49,818 nucleotides of DNA, from assembly GCA_963803435.1 (NCBI GenBank), contig CAWDML010000013.1, forward strand, positions 1-49,818, in the 5' to 3' direction. Under the pieces are notes generated by a model. It was not told the origin of the DNA and searched no databases. It saw only the letters and a program-made list of their open reading frames with translations. The DNA is from an uncultured delta proteobacterium (GTDB taxonomy: Bacteria; Myxococcota; Kuafuiibacteriia; Kuafuiibacteriales; Kuafuiibacteriaceae). Shown piece by piece: positions 20,404 through 29,518 of the stretch (the first letter of the stretch is position 1; each line of letters begins with the position of its first letter). The position numbers and the translations under genes are program-made.

Positions 20404-21182
20404 CATTCTTCCGGTGTCTCCTGTGCCGGCTGCGAGCTCGGCTGACCCACCAGTGCGGCGAACGGATCCTCCCGCTCGAGCGCACTCAACGACTCCGCAC
20501 CCTCGACGCCCTTCAACTCGAAGGGGATCAGGCCGGCGTGGCGGGTCGCAATCTTCGCCCCGGTCGACAGCGTGATCCAGTTCTCCCAGGTCACCTCGAG
20601 CCCTCCGATCGGAAGGATTCCGACCCAAAGCTTCCAGCTCGTCGGGAGGTCGTCCCGCCCCAGCTTCCACAGATAGGCGTCGCCCGGCGTGACCCCGCCC
20701 GAGGCGTAGCTGACCAGGAGTCCCTGGCCCCCATCCTTCAGCGGGACCAGCGCGCGCGACGTCCCCTCGTCGAAGAGCTTCGCCAATGGGTTGAGCCAGA
20801 AGCTGTCGTTGGCCCAGCGCCCGTACGCGCTCTCGAGGAGCTTGTCGGCCTCCGCACCCTCGAGCTTCTTGCCGGCCTTCATGGCGAGGCCCTTCTTGCT
20901 GGCGAGGTCGATCTGCACCTCGTTGTCTCCCCAGCTGACCCGATCGAGGTTGCGGACCCGATCCCACAGGTGCGTGTCGCGATCGCCAAAGCTCCAGCGG
21001 ACGGCGCCGGTCCGATCCCAGGCGGCCTTGTCGACCGCGGCCTCGACCCGGTGCGCCAGCGCGTCTGCCTCCGCGCTGGGTGTGCCGGCGGGGCGCTTCT
21101 CGTTCGCAAGCCATCCTGCGACGAGGAGCGCTCCCAGCAGACCGATCAGCACCACCAGGATTCGGACCAGCCAGCGCTTCAT
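20403..21182 (-). CDS. Hypothetical membrane-anchored/exported protein
   Basis: N-terminal hydrophobic helix; WANDSFWLNP and SYASGGVTPGDAYLW segments; stop overlaps the next start. Confidence 0.75.
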   Translation of the reverse strand: MKRWLVRILVVLIGLLGALLVAGWLANEKRPAGTPSAEADALAHRVEAAVDKAAWDRTGAVRWSFGDRDTHLWDRVRNLDRVSWGDNEVQIDLASKKGLAMKAGKKLEGAEADKLLESAYGRWANDSFWLNPLAKLFDEGTSRALVPLKDGGQGLLVSYASGGVTPGDAYLWKLGRDDLPTSWKLWVGILPIGGLEVTWENWITLSTGAKIATRHAGLIPFELKGVEGAESLSALEREDPFAALVGQPSSQPAQETPEE

Positions 21183-21194
21183 CGGCCCCTTCTA

Positions 21195-21881
21195 TCAGAA
21201 CGGGAGGTGCGTCGGCCACAGATCCGCGCCGTCGCAGCTCACCCGATTGCCGCCTCGATCCCAGCAAAAGAGATCGAACACGCCGTCGTCGTTCATCCGC
21301 TGGTCGAAGCTGATCTGGGTGGCGGGATCGCAGCCCCGAAAGAAACCGCCGCTGATGTCGACGGCGAACTCGGTCCAGCGGACGGTCCCGGCGCCGAGGT
21401 CGACCATCGTGAAGTTCGGCGTGTACAGGCCGAACTGGGTGGCGTGCTCGTCGATCTCCTGCGGGAGCACGTCGGAGGCGATCGTCCCCTGGAAGTGCAG
21501 ATCGAGCTCGAAGGCGCCCGCGGACGGATCCCGATCGTCGGCGGTGATGGTGACCTGGGTCCGACCCATGTCCGGCTGCGGCCAGTTCTCGGCGACCACC
21601 CAGGACTCGGCCGTCGGATCGGCCCGGATCACCTCGGTCATCGCGATGTAGGGCGCCACCAGCACGCGCGCCTGCTCCTCGCGAACCCGGTTGAACTCGC
21701 GCGCCTTCGTGCACGCGTCCTTCGCGCACTCCCCGATCGTGACGATCGGAAGGAAGCAGGACGGCATCAGATCGAGGGCGCGGACGAGCAGCGGATCCAG
21801 CGGCACGAGCTCGGTCGGATCGCCGCCGCAGGCGGATCCGATGATCGCAAGGCAAGTTGACACAACGACGTTCGGTCTCAT
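21195..21881 (-). CDS. Hypothetical lipoprotein
   Basis: MRPNVVVSTCLAIIGSAC lipobox; ATG 21881. Confidence 0.65.
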   Translation of the reverse strand: MRPNVVVSTCLAIIGSACGGDPTELVPLDPLLVRALDLMPSCFLPIVTIGECAKDACTKAREFNRVREEQARVLVAPYIAMTEVIRADPTAESWVVAENWPQPDMGRTQVTITADDRDPSAGAFELDLHFQGTIASDVLPQEIDEHATQFGLYTPNFTMVDLGAGTVRWTEFAVDISGGFFRGCDPATQISFDQRMNDDGVFDLFCWDRGGNRVSCDGADLWPTHLPF

Positions 21882-22068
21882 AGCGCAGTCCTCTCCATGC
21901 CGTCCGCCGACGTCCTGGACGACGGTGGCGTCGAACCCTCCTGCTGACGCTCGAACTCTCGAGGGCGAGACAGACAATCTCCTGATCGCCTCGTCGGTTC
22001 GACGGTTCTTATCGGCACGCCCACGGCGCGGTTGCGCGATTGTGGGCGGTGACCCCTATCATCCGATC

Positions 22069-23301
22069 GTGCTCGACGTTCCCAAGCTCCGCCGACGCTT
22101 TCCCGCGCTGGCCCGCACGATCGACGGTCGCCCCGCCGTCTACTTCGACGGCCCGGCAGGGAGCCAGGTCCCGAGCGAGGTCGCCGACGCCGTCCGCGAC
22201 GCGCTCCTGACGGAGAACGCGAACACGCACGGCCGCTTCCTCACCGCGGAGCTCTCCGACGCGCGCCTCGCCGCGGGCCACCGAGCGGCCGCCGACCTCC
22301 TCGGCGCCGACGATCCGGATCTGGTCGTGTTCGGCCCCAACATGACGACGCTGACGTTCGCGGTCTCGCGCGCGATTGGCCGCACCCTCGGCCCGGGTGA
22401 CGAGGTGCTGGTGACGCGCCTCGATCACGACGCCAACGTGACCCCGTGGGTGAGGGCCGCCAGCGACGCGGGCGCGACTGTGAAGCACGTCGGGATCCGC
22501 GTCGAGGACTGCACGCTCGACCTGGACGACCTCGAGGCGAAGCTCTCCGCACGCACGAAGCTGGTGGCAGTGGCGGCGGCCTCGAACGCCGCCGGCACCG
22601 TACACCCGGTGCGCCGCATCGCCGACCGCGTGCATCGCGCCGGTGCGCTACTCTTCGTCGACGCCGTCCACTACGCCCCGCACCTCCCGATCGACGTCGT
22701 CGCGTGGGACGCCGACTTCGTCGTCTGCTCCGCCTACAAGTTCTTCGGCCCGCACGTCGGCTTGCTGTGGGGACGCCGTCATCTGCTGGAGTCGTTGCCG
22801 GCGTATCGCGTGCGCCCCGCCGGAGACGCGCTGCCGGGGCGCTGGATGACCGGCACGCAGAACCACGAAGGCATCGCCGGAACGCTGGCGGCGATCGAGT
22901 ACCTGGCGAGCCTCGGCCGGGACGTCGACCCAGCTTGCAAGACCCGTCGAGAGGCGATCGTGGCCGCCTTCGGCGCGATCGCGGCCCACGAGCGCACGCT
23001 CGCCGCCTACCTGCTGGAGGGGCTGGCCGGCCGCGAGGTCACGGTCTACGGCATCCGCGATCCGAAGCGCCTCGCCGAGCGCGTCCCCACCTTCGCCCTC
23101 ACGCATCGGTCGCTCTCGCCCGCCCGGCTGGCCGACTTCCTCGCCGCCCGCGGCATCTTTGTCTGGGACGGCAACTTCTATGCGCTGGCCCTGACGGAGG
23201 CCCTCGGCCTGGAGCCGGACGGGATGGTCCGGGTCGGCCTCCTCCACTACTCGACGACCTCCGAGATCGACCGGCTCTTCGAGGCCCTGGACGCGATCTG
23301 A
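22069..23301 (+). CDS. Cysteine desulfurase-like class V PLP enzyme (VC1184 subfamily)
   Basis: VYFDGPAGSQVP, LDHDANVTPW, VDAVHYAPH, CSAYKFFGPH (PLP Lys), GIFVWDGNFYA. Confidence 0.92.
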   Translation: MLDVPKLRRRFPALARTIDGRPAVYFDGPAGSQVPSEVADAVRDALLTENANTHGRFLTAELSDARLAAGHRAAADLLGADDPDLVVFGPNMTTLTFAVSRAIGRTLGPGDEVLVTRLDHDANVTPWVRAASDAGATVKHVGIRVEDCTLDLDDLEAKLSARTKLVAVAAASNAAGTVHPVRRIADRVHRAGALLFVDAVHYAPHLPIDVVAWDADFVVCSAYKFFGPHVGLLWGRRHLLESLPAYRVRPAGDALPGRWMTGTQNHEGIAGTLAAIEYLASLGRDVDPACKTRREAIVAAFGAIAAHERTLAAYLLEGLAGREVTVYGIRDPKRLAERVPTFALTHRSLSPARLADFLAARGIFVWDGNFYALALTEALGLEPDGMVRVGLLHYSTTSEIDRLFEALDAI

Positions 23302-23378
23302 TCGATCGATAGCCCAAGGTGTGCCATCCGGTCGTCAGAGATCCACGGCGTCGGCCCAAAGCTTCACGATCTCGCTTC

Positions 23379-23394
23379 TGGCACGAGGCGTGCT
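23379..23394 (+). promoter_or_regulatory. Putative sigma-54 (-24/-12) promoter
   Basis: TGGCACGAGGCGTGCT has GG-N10-GC spacing and matches TGGCAC-N5-TTGC with one mismatch; 27 bp upstream of ATG 23422. Confidence 0.6.
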
Positions 23395-23421
23395 TTCGCA
23401 GCGGGCTCGAGGAGCCCCCGA

Positions 23422-23676
23422 ATGACCGAAGCAGCCACCCCCGACGTCGGGCGATACGAGTTCCTGCGGGACATCACGCGGGACGAGGCGCGATCCCGAC
23501 GCCACGAGCTGTTGACAGCCTTCGTCCGGTTCGAGCGTACGCTCGAAAACGCCCGCTTCCCCGACCCGGACTCCGAATCGCGAGCGCACGCCCTCAAGCT
23601 CGAGGTCCGCCGATGGTTGAAGCAGCACCCGATGGACGAGTTTTCGTATCTGCGGATGAAGTCGATCTACGGCTGA
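23422..23676 (+). CDS. Small hypothetical protein (84 aa)
   Basis: AGGAG RBS upstream, GC-rich third positions, sigma-54-like promoter upstream. Confidence 0.6.
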   Translation: MTEAATPDVGRYEFLRDITRDEARSRRHELLTAFVRFERTLENARFPDPDSESRAHALKLEVRRWLKQHPMDEFSYLRMKSIYG

Positions 23677-23748
23677 GAAGCCTCGACCGCATCGGACCCC
23701 GTCCCACCCACCTTTGCGAAACGCAGATCGCGTGCTAACGCCGCTGCG

Positions 23749-24984
23749 GTGTGGTGTGGGTGGCTGATCCTCGGGACGCTCCAGCTCTCTCAAACGGCGA
23801 CGGTGGGGACGGCCACGGTGGCCGCTGCGCTGGACGAGGAGCGGCACGATGACTCCCCCCTTCTCGGCCTCGTTCTTCACGGCTTCGTGAGCCAGGGCGC
23901 CTTCAAGAGCACCGCCAACAACTACCTGGGGTCGTCGAAGCGCGGCAGCTTCGCCTTCACGGAGGTCGGCCTGAACGTCACACGTTCGCTCACCGATCAG
24001 CTGAGCGCAGGGGTCCAGTTCTTCGCGCGCTTCCTCGGATCGATCGGCGGCTTCTCCGCGAAGTTCGATTGGTTCTATCTCGACTATCACTGGACCGACT
24101 GGCTCGGGATCCGTGCCGGGCGCGTCAAGCTGCCTTTCGGTCTGTACAACGAGTCCAGCGACGTCGACTCGGCGCGGGTTCCGATCCTGCTCCCGCAAGG
24201 TGTGTATCCCATCCAGAACCGCGACTATCTCCTCGCGCAGACGGGCGCCGAGCTCTACGGCTTCGTCCCGATCGGCCCGGTCGGAGCGCTCAGCTACCGG
24301 CTCTACGGCGGAACGATCCTCTTCGATGATCTCTTCAACCGGCCGAACCCCGGCCCGCTCCAGCTCAGGAAGCTGGAGACGCCCTACCTGTTCGGTGGCC
24401 AGCTGATCTGGGAGACGCCGCTGTCCGGCCTCCGTCTGGGCGGCAGCGTGCAGGATCTCAAGCTCCAGCTCGACGCCGACGTCGACGCCTCTCTGTCCGA
24501 CCCGTTGAAGGCCTCGGGACAGCTGCCCGAAGACTTCGCCGGGTCGGTCACGGCCTCCATCCCCGCGCTCCTCTGGATCGCATCCGCGGAGTACGTCGGA
24601 GAAGACATCCTTCTGGCCGCGGAGTACAGTCGCTGGAACCTCGACGTCGAGAGCAGCCAACCGGTTCTGATCCCCGAGTCGCACACCCTGCGCGAGCAGT
24701 TCTACGTGATGGTGAGCTATCAGGTGACCGACTGGCTCCACCCCGGCGCGTACTACTCGGTCTTCTTTCCCGACGTGAAGAAGCGCTCCTTTCCCGAGGG
24801 CTCCCAACAGGACGTGGCCGTGACGCTGCGCTTCGACGTCAACTCGTACTGGCTGATCAAGCTGGAGGGCCACTACCTCCACGGCACCGCAGCGCTCACC
24901 TCGTCCGAGAACGACAACCGCCCCCTCGACGCGCTGACGCCCAACTGGGGCCTGTTCCTCGTCAAGACGACGCTTCAGTTCTGA
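23749..24984 (+). CDS. Porin-like outer-membrane beta-barrel
   Basis: LHGFVSQG, DWFYLDYHW..WLGIRAGRVKLPFGLYNE, LRFDVNSYWLIKLEGH, C-terminal TTLQF. Confidence 0.85.
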   Translation: MWCGWLILGTLQLSQTATVGTATVAAALDEERHDDSPLLGLVLHGFVSQGAFKSTANNYLGSSKRGSFAFTEVGLNVTRSLTDQLSAGVQFFARFLGSIGGFSAKFDWFYLDYHWTDWLGIRAGRVKLPFGLYNESSDVDSARVPILLPQGVYPIQNRDYLLAQTGAELYGFVPIGPVGALSYRLYGGTILFDDLFNRPNPGPLQLRKLETPYLFGGQLIWETPLSGLRLGGSVQDLKLQLDADVDASLSDPLKASGQLPEDFAGSVTASIPALLWIASAEYVGEDILLAAEYSRWNLDVESSQPVLIPESHTLREQFYVMVSYQVTDWLHPGAYYSVFFPDVKKRSFPEGSQQDVAVTLRFDVNSYWLIKLEGHYLHGTAALTSSENDNRPLDALTPNWGLFLVKTTLQF

Positions 24985-24994
24985 GGAGCGATCG

Positions 24995-25444
24995 ATGGTC
25001 GGTCGAGGCATGACTCGGGTGTTGTTCGGGATGGCCGTCTCGGTCGCCCTGCTCGGAGACCCGTCGGCAGGAGAGGCGTCCGCCGGCGCGTATCGCGTCA
25101 TCGTCAACCCGGCGAATCCGGTGCAGCACGTCGAGCGAAGGTTCCTCGCGCAGGTCTTTCTAAAGAAGGTCACGCTGTGGCCGGACGGGGAATCGATCCA
25201 TCCCGTGGATCTGCCGCCCGACTCGCCGGTGCGGCACACGTTCGTGGAGGACGTGCTCGGCCGCTCGATCAGCGCGGTCAAGAGCTACTGGCAGGCGCTG
25301 ATCTTCTCCGGCCGCACACTCCCCCCACCGGAGCTGGACTCGGAGAAGGAGATCGTCTCGTACGTGCTCGGACATCGGGGGGCGATCGGTTACGTTTCAG
25401 ATCATGCGGACATCGGCTCCGCAAAGGTCCTCTCCGTCAACTAG
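24995..25444 (+). CDS. Small exported PBP-like protein (single lobe, often annotated phosphate-ABC substrate-binding-like)
   Basis: Signal peptide; VIVNPANP...FLKK...WPDG; YW...IFSG..PP; GAIGYVS. Confidence 0.8.
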   Translation: MVGRGMTRVLFGMAVSVALLGDPSAGEASAGAYRVIVNPANPVQHVERRFLAQVFLKKVTLWPDGESIHPVDLPPDSPVRHTFVEDVLGRSISAVKSYWQALIFSGRTLPPPELDSEKEIVSYVLGHRGAIGYVSDHADIGSAKVLSVN

Positions 25445-25450
25445 GAAGCA

Positions 25451-27502
25451 ATGACATTCTCACGGAAGCTGCTGCTGATCGTCGGTACCACCGCGCTGGC
25501 CTTCATTCTGGTGATCACCGTCGGCCTCCTCACGGCGAGGCGCGTGAACCAGCAGATCGAGAGCATCGAGGCCCGCTACGTACCGATGCTCGAGCTGGCG
25601 CCCAAGCTGGAGGCCGAGCTGGAGCAACTCCGGAACGCCTTTCGGGACGCGGTGGCGGCCCAGGATCTCGACGCGCTCGAGGCCACGGTCGAGCTGGAGA
25701 ACAAGCTGCTGGCGAACGTCGATGGCGCGAGAGACGTGATGCGCCCGGGAGACGCCGCCTCGCTGCGCTCGAGCATCGACAACTACTACGACTCGGCCTT
25801 CGCCGTGTCCGCGCGCTTGATCAAGGGCGAGACCGGTGAGGCGCTCGTCGACGCGATGGCGCAGATGCAGAGCGCCCACGCACGCGCGGAGCGAGAGCTG
25901 GAGCGGACGACCGCCATCGATCGACAGCAGCTCACCGGCGCCTTCGACACGGTTCGCCTGGCGAACCGGGCGGCCGGATGGCTGCGGATCAGCATCGCGG
26001 TGGTCTGTCTGACGTTCGTGCTCGGGCTCTCGCTCTGGATCAGTCGGGGTGTGCTCCGCTCCCTTGCCGAGCTCTCAGAGGGCTTCGCACGTTTCGGCGA
26101 GGGCGACTTCAGCCGGCCGATGGAGATCCTCTCCGCCGACGAGCTCGGCGACGCTGCCCGAAGCGCCAACCGCATGGCGGACAAGCTGCATCAGAGCGAC
26201 CAGCAGCGGACCGCCACCGAGTGGATCAAGAGCGGACAGGCCGGGCTGGCCGTCGAGCTCCAGGGTGAGCTCGAGCCGGCGGAGGTCGCGCGAAGAAGCG
26301 TTCGCTTCCTCGCCCGTCACCTAGGCTCGCCCGCCGCCACCTTCTACGACGTCGTCGAGGCGCGGCTCGTGCCGCTCGGCCACTACGGGCTCTCCGACAC
26401 CAAGCCGTTGCCGGGCTTCGCCCGCGGAGAGGGGTTGATCGGCGAGGCGGCGCTGCAACACGAGATCCTGATCCTCGATGAACCCCCTCCAGACGCGCTG
26501 CGCGTCCGCTCCAGCATGGTCGACGGGCCGCCGCGAGCCCTCGTGGTCGTACCGCTGATCCACCTGGGGAACGTGATCGCGGTGATGGAGCTCGCCCTGA
26601 TGACCGCCCTCTCGCGCGACACGACCGACTTCCTGCTCGCCGTCCGCGACACCGTCGCGACGGCCCTCGAGGTCGCCCGCGGCCAGGCGGCGCGCCGCGA
26701 GCTGCTGGCCCAGACGCAGCGGCAGGCCTCGATGCTCGCCGAGCAGGAGGAGCGGCTCCGCGACGCGAACGCCGACCTGAGCCGCGCCAATGAGGGGCTC
26801 CAGCAGCAGACGGCCGAGCTCGACAGCTTCAGCTACTCGGTGTCCCACGATCTGCGCGCTCCGCTGCGCGCGATCGACGGCTTCACGCGGATCCTGATCG
26901 AGGACCACGGCGAGAATCTGGACGCCGAGGGCCGGCGCATCACCGAGGTCATCCGGAACAACACGCAGAAGATGGGCCGGCTCATCGACGACCTCCTCGC
27001 CTTCTCGCGCCTCGGGCGGCAGGCCGTGAAGCAACGAAGGATCGATATGACCGCGCTCGCCCGGAGTGCGTTCGAGGAGAGCTCGAGCGCCGAGCCGGAT
27101 CGCAAGATCAGGCTCGAGATGTCGGACCTTCCGCCCACCACCGGAGACGCTGCGCTCCTCGAGCAGGTCTGGCTCAACCTGATGACGAATGCCGTGAAGT
27201 ACACGCGCAACATGGACGAGGCGGTGATAGAGGTCTCGGGGAAGGTCGTGGAGGGCGAGGTGATCTACTCGGTGCACGACAACGGAGTCGGCTTCGACAT
27301 GAAGTACGTCGACAAGCTGTTCGGCGTCTTTCAGCGGCTTCACACCAGCACGGAGTTCGAAGGGACGGGCGTTGGGCTGGCGCTGGTCAGCAGGGTCGTC
27401 AAGCGGCACAAGGGCCGGGTGTGGGCCGAATCAGTCAAGGACGCAGGAGCGACGTTCTCGTTCGCGTTGCCTGTGAAGGAGGTCGAGCACGATGAATCTT
27501 GA
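25451..27502 (+). CDS. Sensor histidine kinase (periplasmic helical sensor, HAMP, GAF, HisKA, HATPase)
   Basis: Two TM helices, SADELGDAARSANRM (HAMP), GEGLIGEAA (GAF), FSYSVSHDLRAPLR (H-box), NLMTNAVKY, DNGVGF, FEGTGVGLA. Confidence 0.95.
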   Translation: MTFSRKLLLIVGTTALAFILVITVGLLTARRVNQQIESIEARYVPMLELAPKLEAELEQLRNAFRDAVAAQDLDALEATVELENKLLANVDGARDVMRPGDAASLRSSIDNYYDSAFAVSARLIKGETGEALVDAMAQMQSAHARAERELERTTAIDRQQLTGAFDTVRLANRAAGWLRISIAVVCLTFVLGLSLWISRGVLRSLAELSEGFARFGEGDFSRPMEILSADELGDAARSANRMADKLHQSDQQRTATEWIKSGQAGLAVELQGELEPAEVARRSVRFLARHLGSPAATFYDVVEARLVPLGHYGLSDTKPLPGFARGEGLIGEAALQHEILILDEPPPDALRVRSSMVDGPPRALVVVPLIHLGNVIAVMELALMTALSRDTTDFLLAVRDTVATALEVARGQAARRELLAQTQRQASMLAEQEERLRDANADLSRANEGLQQQTAELDSFSYSVSHDLRAPLRAIDGFTRILIEDHGENLDAEGRRITEVIRNNTQKMGRLIDDLLAFSRLGRQAVKQRRIDMTALARSAFEESSSAEPDRKIRLEMSDLPPTTGDAALLEQVWLNLMTNAVKYTRNMDEAVIEVSGKVVEGEVIYSVHDNGVGFDMKYVDKLFGVFQRLHTSTEFEGTGVGLALVSRVVKRHKGRVWAESVKDAGATFSFALPVKEVEHDES

Positions 27503-27926
27503 TGCAGTTGAGATCCTGCTGGTGGAAGACTCGGATGAGGACGCCGAGCTCACCATGCGCGCCTTCAAGAAGCTTCGCCTGGCGAACCGCGTCGTCCGAG
27601 TGAAGGACGGTGCCGAAGCGCTCGAGTGGCTGCTCGCGCCCACCACCGACGGCCGTATGGCCAGCGAGTCGCTCAAGCTCCTGCTCCTGGATCTCAAGCT
27701 TCCCAAGGTCGACGGTATCGAGGTGCTGCGCGCGCTCAAGAGCGACGCGCGCACACGCTCGATCCCGGTGGTCATCCTGACCTCGTCGAAGGAGGACCGC
27801 GACCTCCAGCGCACCTACGAGCTGGGCGTGAACAGCTACATCGTGAAGCCGGTGGACTTCGAGCAATTCTCCGAGTCCGTCGAGCAGCTCGGCCTCTACT
27901 GGATGGTCCTCAACCAGAAACCTTGA
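27492..27926 (+). CDS. Single-domain response regulator (Rcp1-like)
   Basis: ILLVEDS, LLDLKLPKVDG, ILTSS, NSYIVKPVDF; overlaps the kinase stop. Confidence 0.95.
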   Translation: MNLDAVEILLVEDSDEDAELTMRAFKKLRLANRVVRVKDGAEALEWLLAPTTDGRMASESLKLLLLDLKLPKVDGIEVLRALKSDARTRSIPVVILTSSKEDRDLQRTYELGVNSYIVKPVDFEQFSESVEQLGLYWMVLNQKP

Positions 27927-27938
27927 ACGAGGCTCGAC

Positions 27939-29444
27939 TCAGCGGATGGTCGCGAGCGTGTCGAGGTAGTCGACGTAGGAGCGGACCGCGCCGTCCCACC
28001 CGGCGACCTTGGGGTTCGACGACTCGATGACGAAGTATTCGTCCGGCGCGTGGGCGCCGCTGCCGTGGCCCAGCCCGAAGTGACCGGAGGCCAGCTTGAG
28101 CGGGGCGTCCGTGAACACGTGGCCCGGATACGAGCCGGCGTTGCGGGGCCAGAGGATGGGATCGAGGCCGGCGCGGCGGTAGACCGCCTCCTCGGCCCGG
28201 ATCAGGGCCGCGTCGGCGGGGGTGGCGGTGGGATCGTAGCCGCCGCTCGGGTTGACCTCGATGTCGCCGAAGCCGCGCTTCGCCAGGTGAGCCTTGAGCG
28301 CCGCGACCGCCCCGTCGAACGTCATGTTGGGGACCAGCCGCAGGTCGAGCTTCGCGACGGCGCGGTGCGGGAGGACGGTCTTGCCGCCCGGCCCGGTGTA
28401 GCCGGCGACGAGGCCCTCGATGTTGACCGTGGGCGCCGAGACGAACCGCTCGAGCGAGGCGCGCCAGTCCAGATCGTGCGCCCAGCGATCCGCGGAGAGG
28501 AGGCGCTTGGCGGTGGCCTCCGAGAGGCGCTTCGCCGCCTCGTCGATCATCTTCTGCTCCGCCGCCGAGACCGGGCGCGCCGCCTTTGCGAAGCCGTCGA
28601 TGGCCGGATCGCCGTCGGCGGTGACCAGGGTGGCGAGCGCCTGCACCAGGTGGAACGAGGGGCTGTCGAGGCGCGCGCGGTTGCTCGAGTGCACGTCCTG
28701 CTTCGGTCCGCGGCCCCACTTCTCGCCGCTCGCGACCAGCTCCAGCTCGACGACCCCCTTGGCGCCCAGCGAGACGGTCACCGTGCCGTCGGGATCCTGC
28801 GTCGCCGACGGCATGAAGACGCCGGTGCAGCGCCGGAGCGCAGCGCTGACCTCGGGCCGGCGCACGACCTGCTCGAAGTGCGGCGATCCGATCTCCTCCT
28901 CGCCTTCGGCGACCAGGACCAGGTTGACCGGCAGCTTCCTGCCGGCGCCCCGGATCGCGTGCAGCGCGGCGAGGAAGGCCGCCTGCGGCCCCTTCTGGTT
29001 CACGGCGCCGCGCCCCATCACCACCTTGCCGAAGCCGGGCTTGTCGACGATCGCCGCGTCCCACGGCGGTGAGGACCACTCGCTCGGGTCGGCCTGCTTG
29101 ACGTCGTACATGAAGTAGAGACCGACCGTCCTGGGCGCACCGGCGTCGAGCGTCGCGAAGACGCCCGGCTGTCCGTCCGTGTCGACGCGCGCGACCTTCT
29201 GGAAGCCAGCCTCACGGGCGTACCGCATCATCAGCTCGCAGCCCTCCTTCATCCCGCGGTTCTCGGCGGCGATGGAGGGCTGCTTGATCCAGGCCTGCAG
29301 CCGGCGCAGGCCCTCGTCGTGGCGCTTCTCGATCTCCGCCTGGACCGCGTCGGCGGATCCGGCGGCGCGCACCAGGCGCGGAAAGCCGAGCGAGGCCGCG
29401 GAGAGCGCGGTCACACCGAGGAAATCGCGACGGGAGAACGACAT
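27939..29444 (-). CDS. Tat-exported M20/M25/M40 metallopeptidase
   Basis: Tat motif SRRDFLG; MYDVKQ, GRGAVNQKG, EGEEEIGSP, AHAPDEY. Confidence 0.9.
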   Translation of the reverse strand: MSFSRRDFLGVTALSAASLGFPRLVRAAGSADAVQAEIEKRHDEGLRRLQAWIKQPSIAAENRGMKEGCELMMRYAREAGFQKVARVDTDGQPGVFATLDAGAPRTVGLYFMYDVKQADPSEWSSPPWDAAIVDKPGFGKVVMGRGAVNQKGPQAAFLAALHAIRGAGRKLPVNLVLVAEGEEEIGSPHFEQVVRRPEVSAALRRCTGVFMPSATQDPDGTVTVSLGAKGVVELELVASGEKWGRGPKQDVHSSNRARLDSPSFHLVQALATLVTADGDPAIDGFAKAARPVSAAEQKMIDEAAKRLSEATAKRLLSADRWAHDLDWRASLERFVSAPTVNIEGLVAGYTGPGGKTVLPHRAVAKLDLRLVPNMTFDGAVAALKAHLAKRGFGDIEVNPSGGYDPTATPADAALIRAEEAVYRRAGLDPILWPRNAGSYPGHVFTDAPLKLASGHFGLGHGSGAHAPDEYFVIESSNPKVAGWDGAVRSYVDYLDTLATIR

Positions 29445-29518
29445 GGCGCGGATCCGTACTGGGCGCTCGACCGCGAGGCAAGCTCGCCAACTCCCTCACC
29501 CCACTTGTAGGCCGGTGC

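Noticed and set aside
22012-22028. CGGCACGCCCACGGC as a sigma-54 promoter for the desulfurase-like gene
   Set aside because: The -12 element is poor, and such matches are common in GC-rich DNA.
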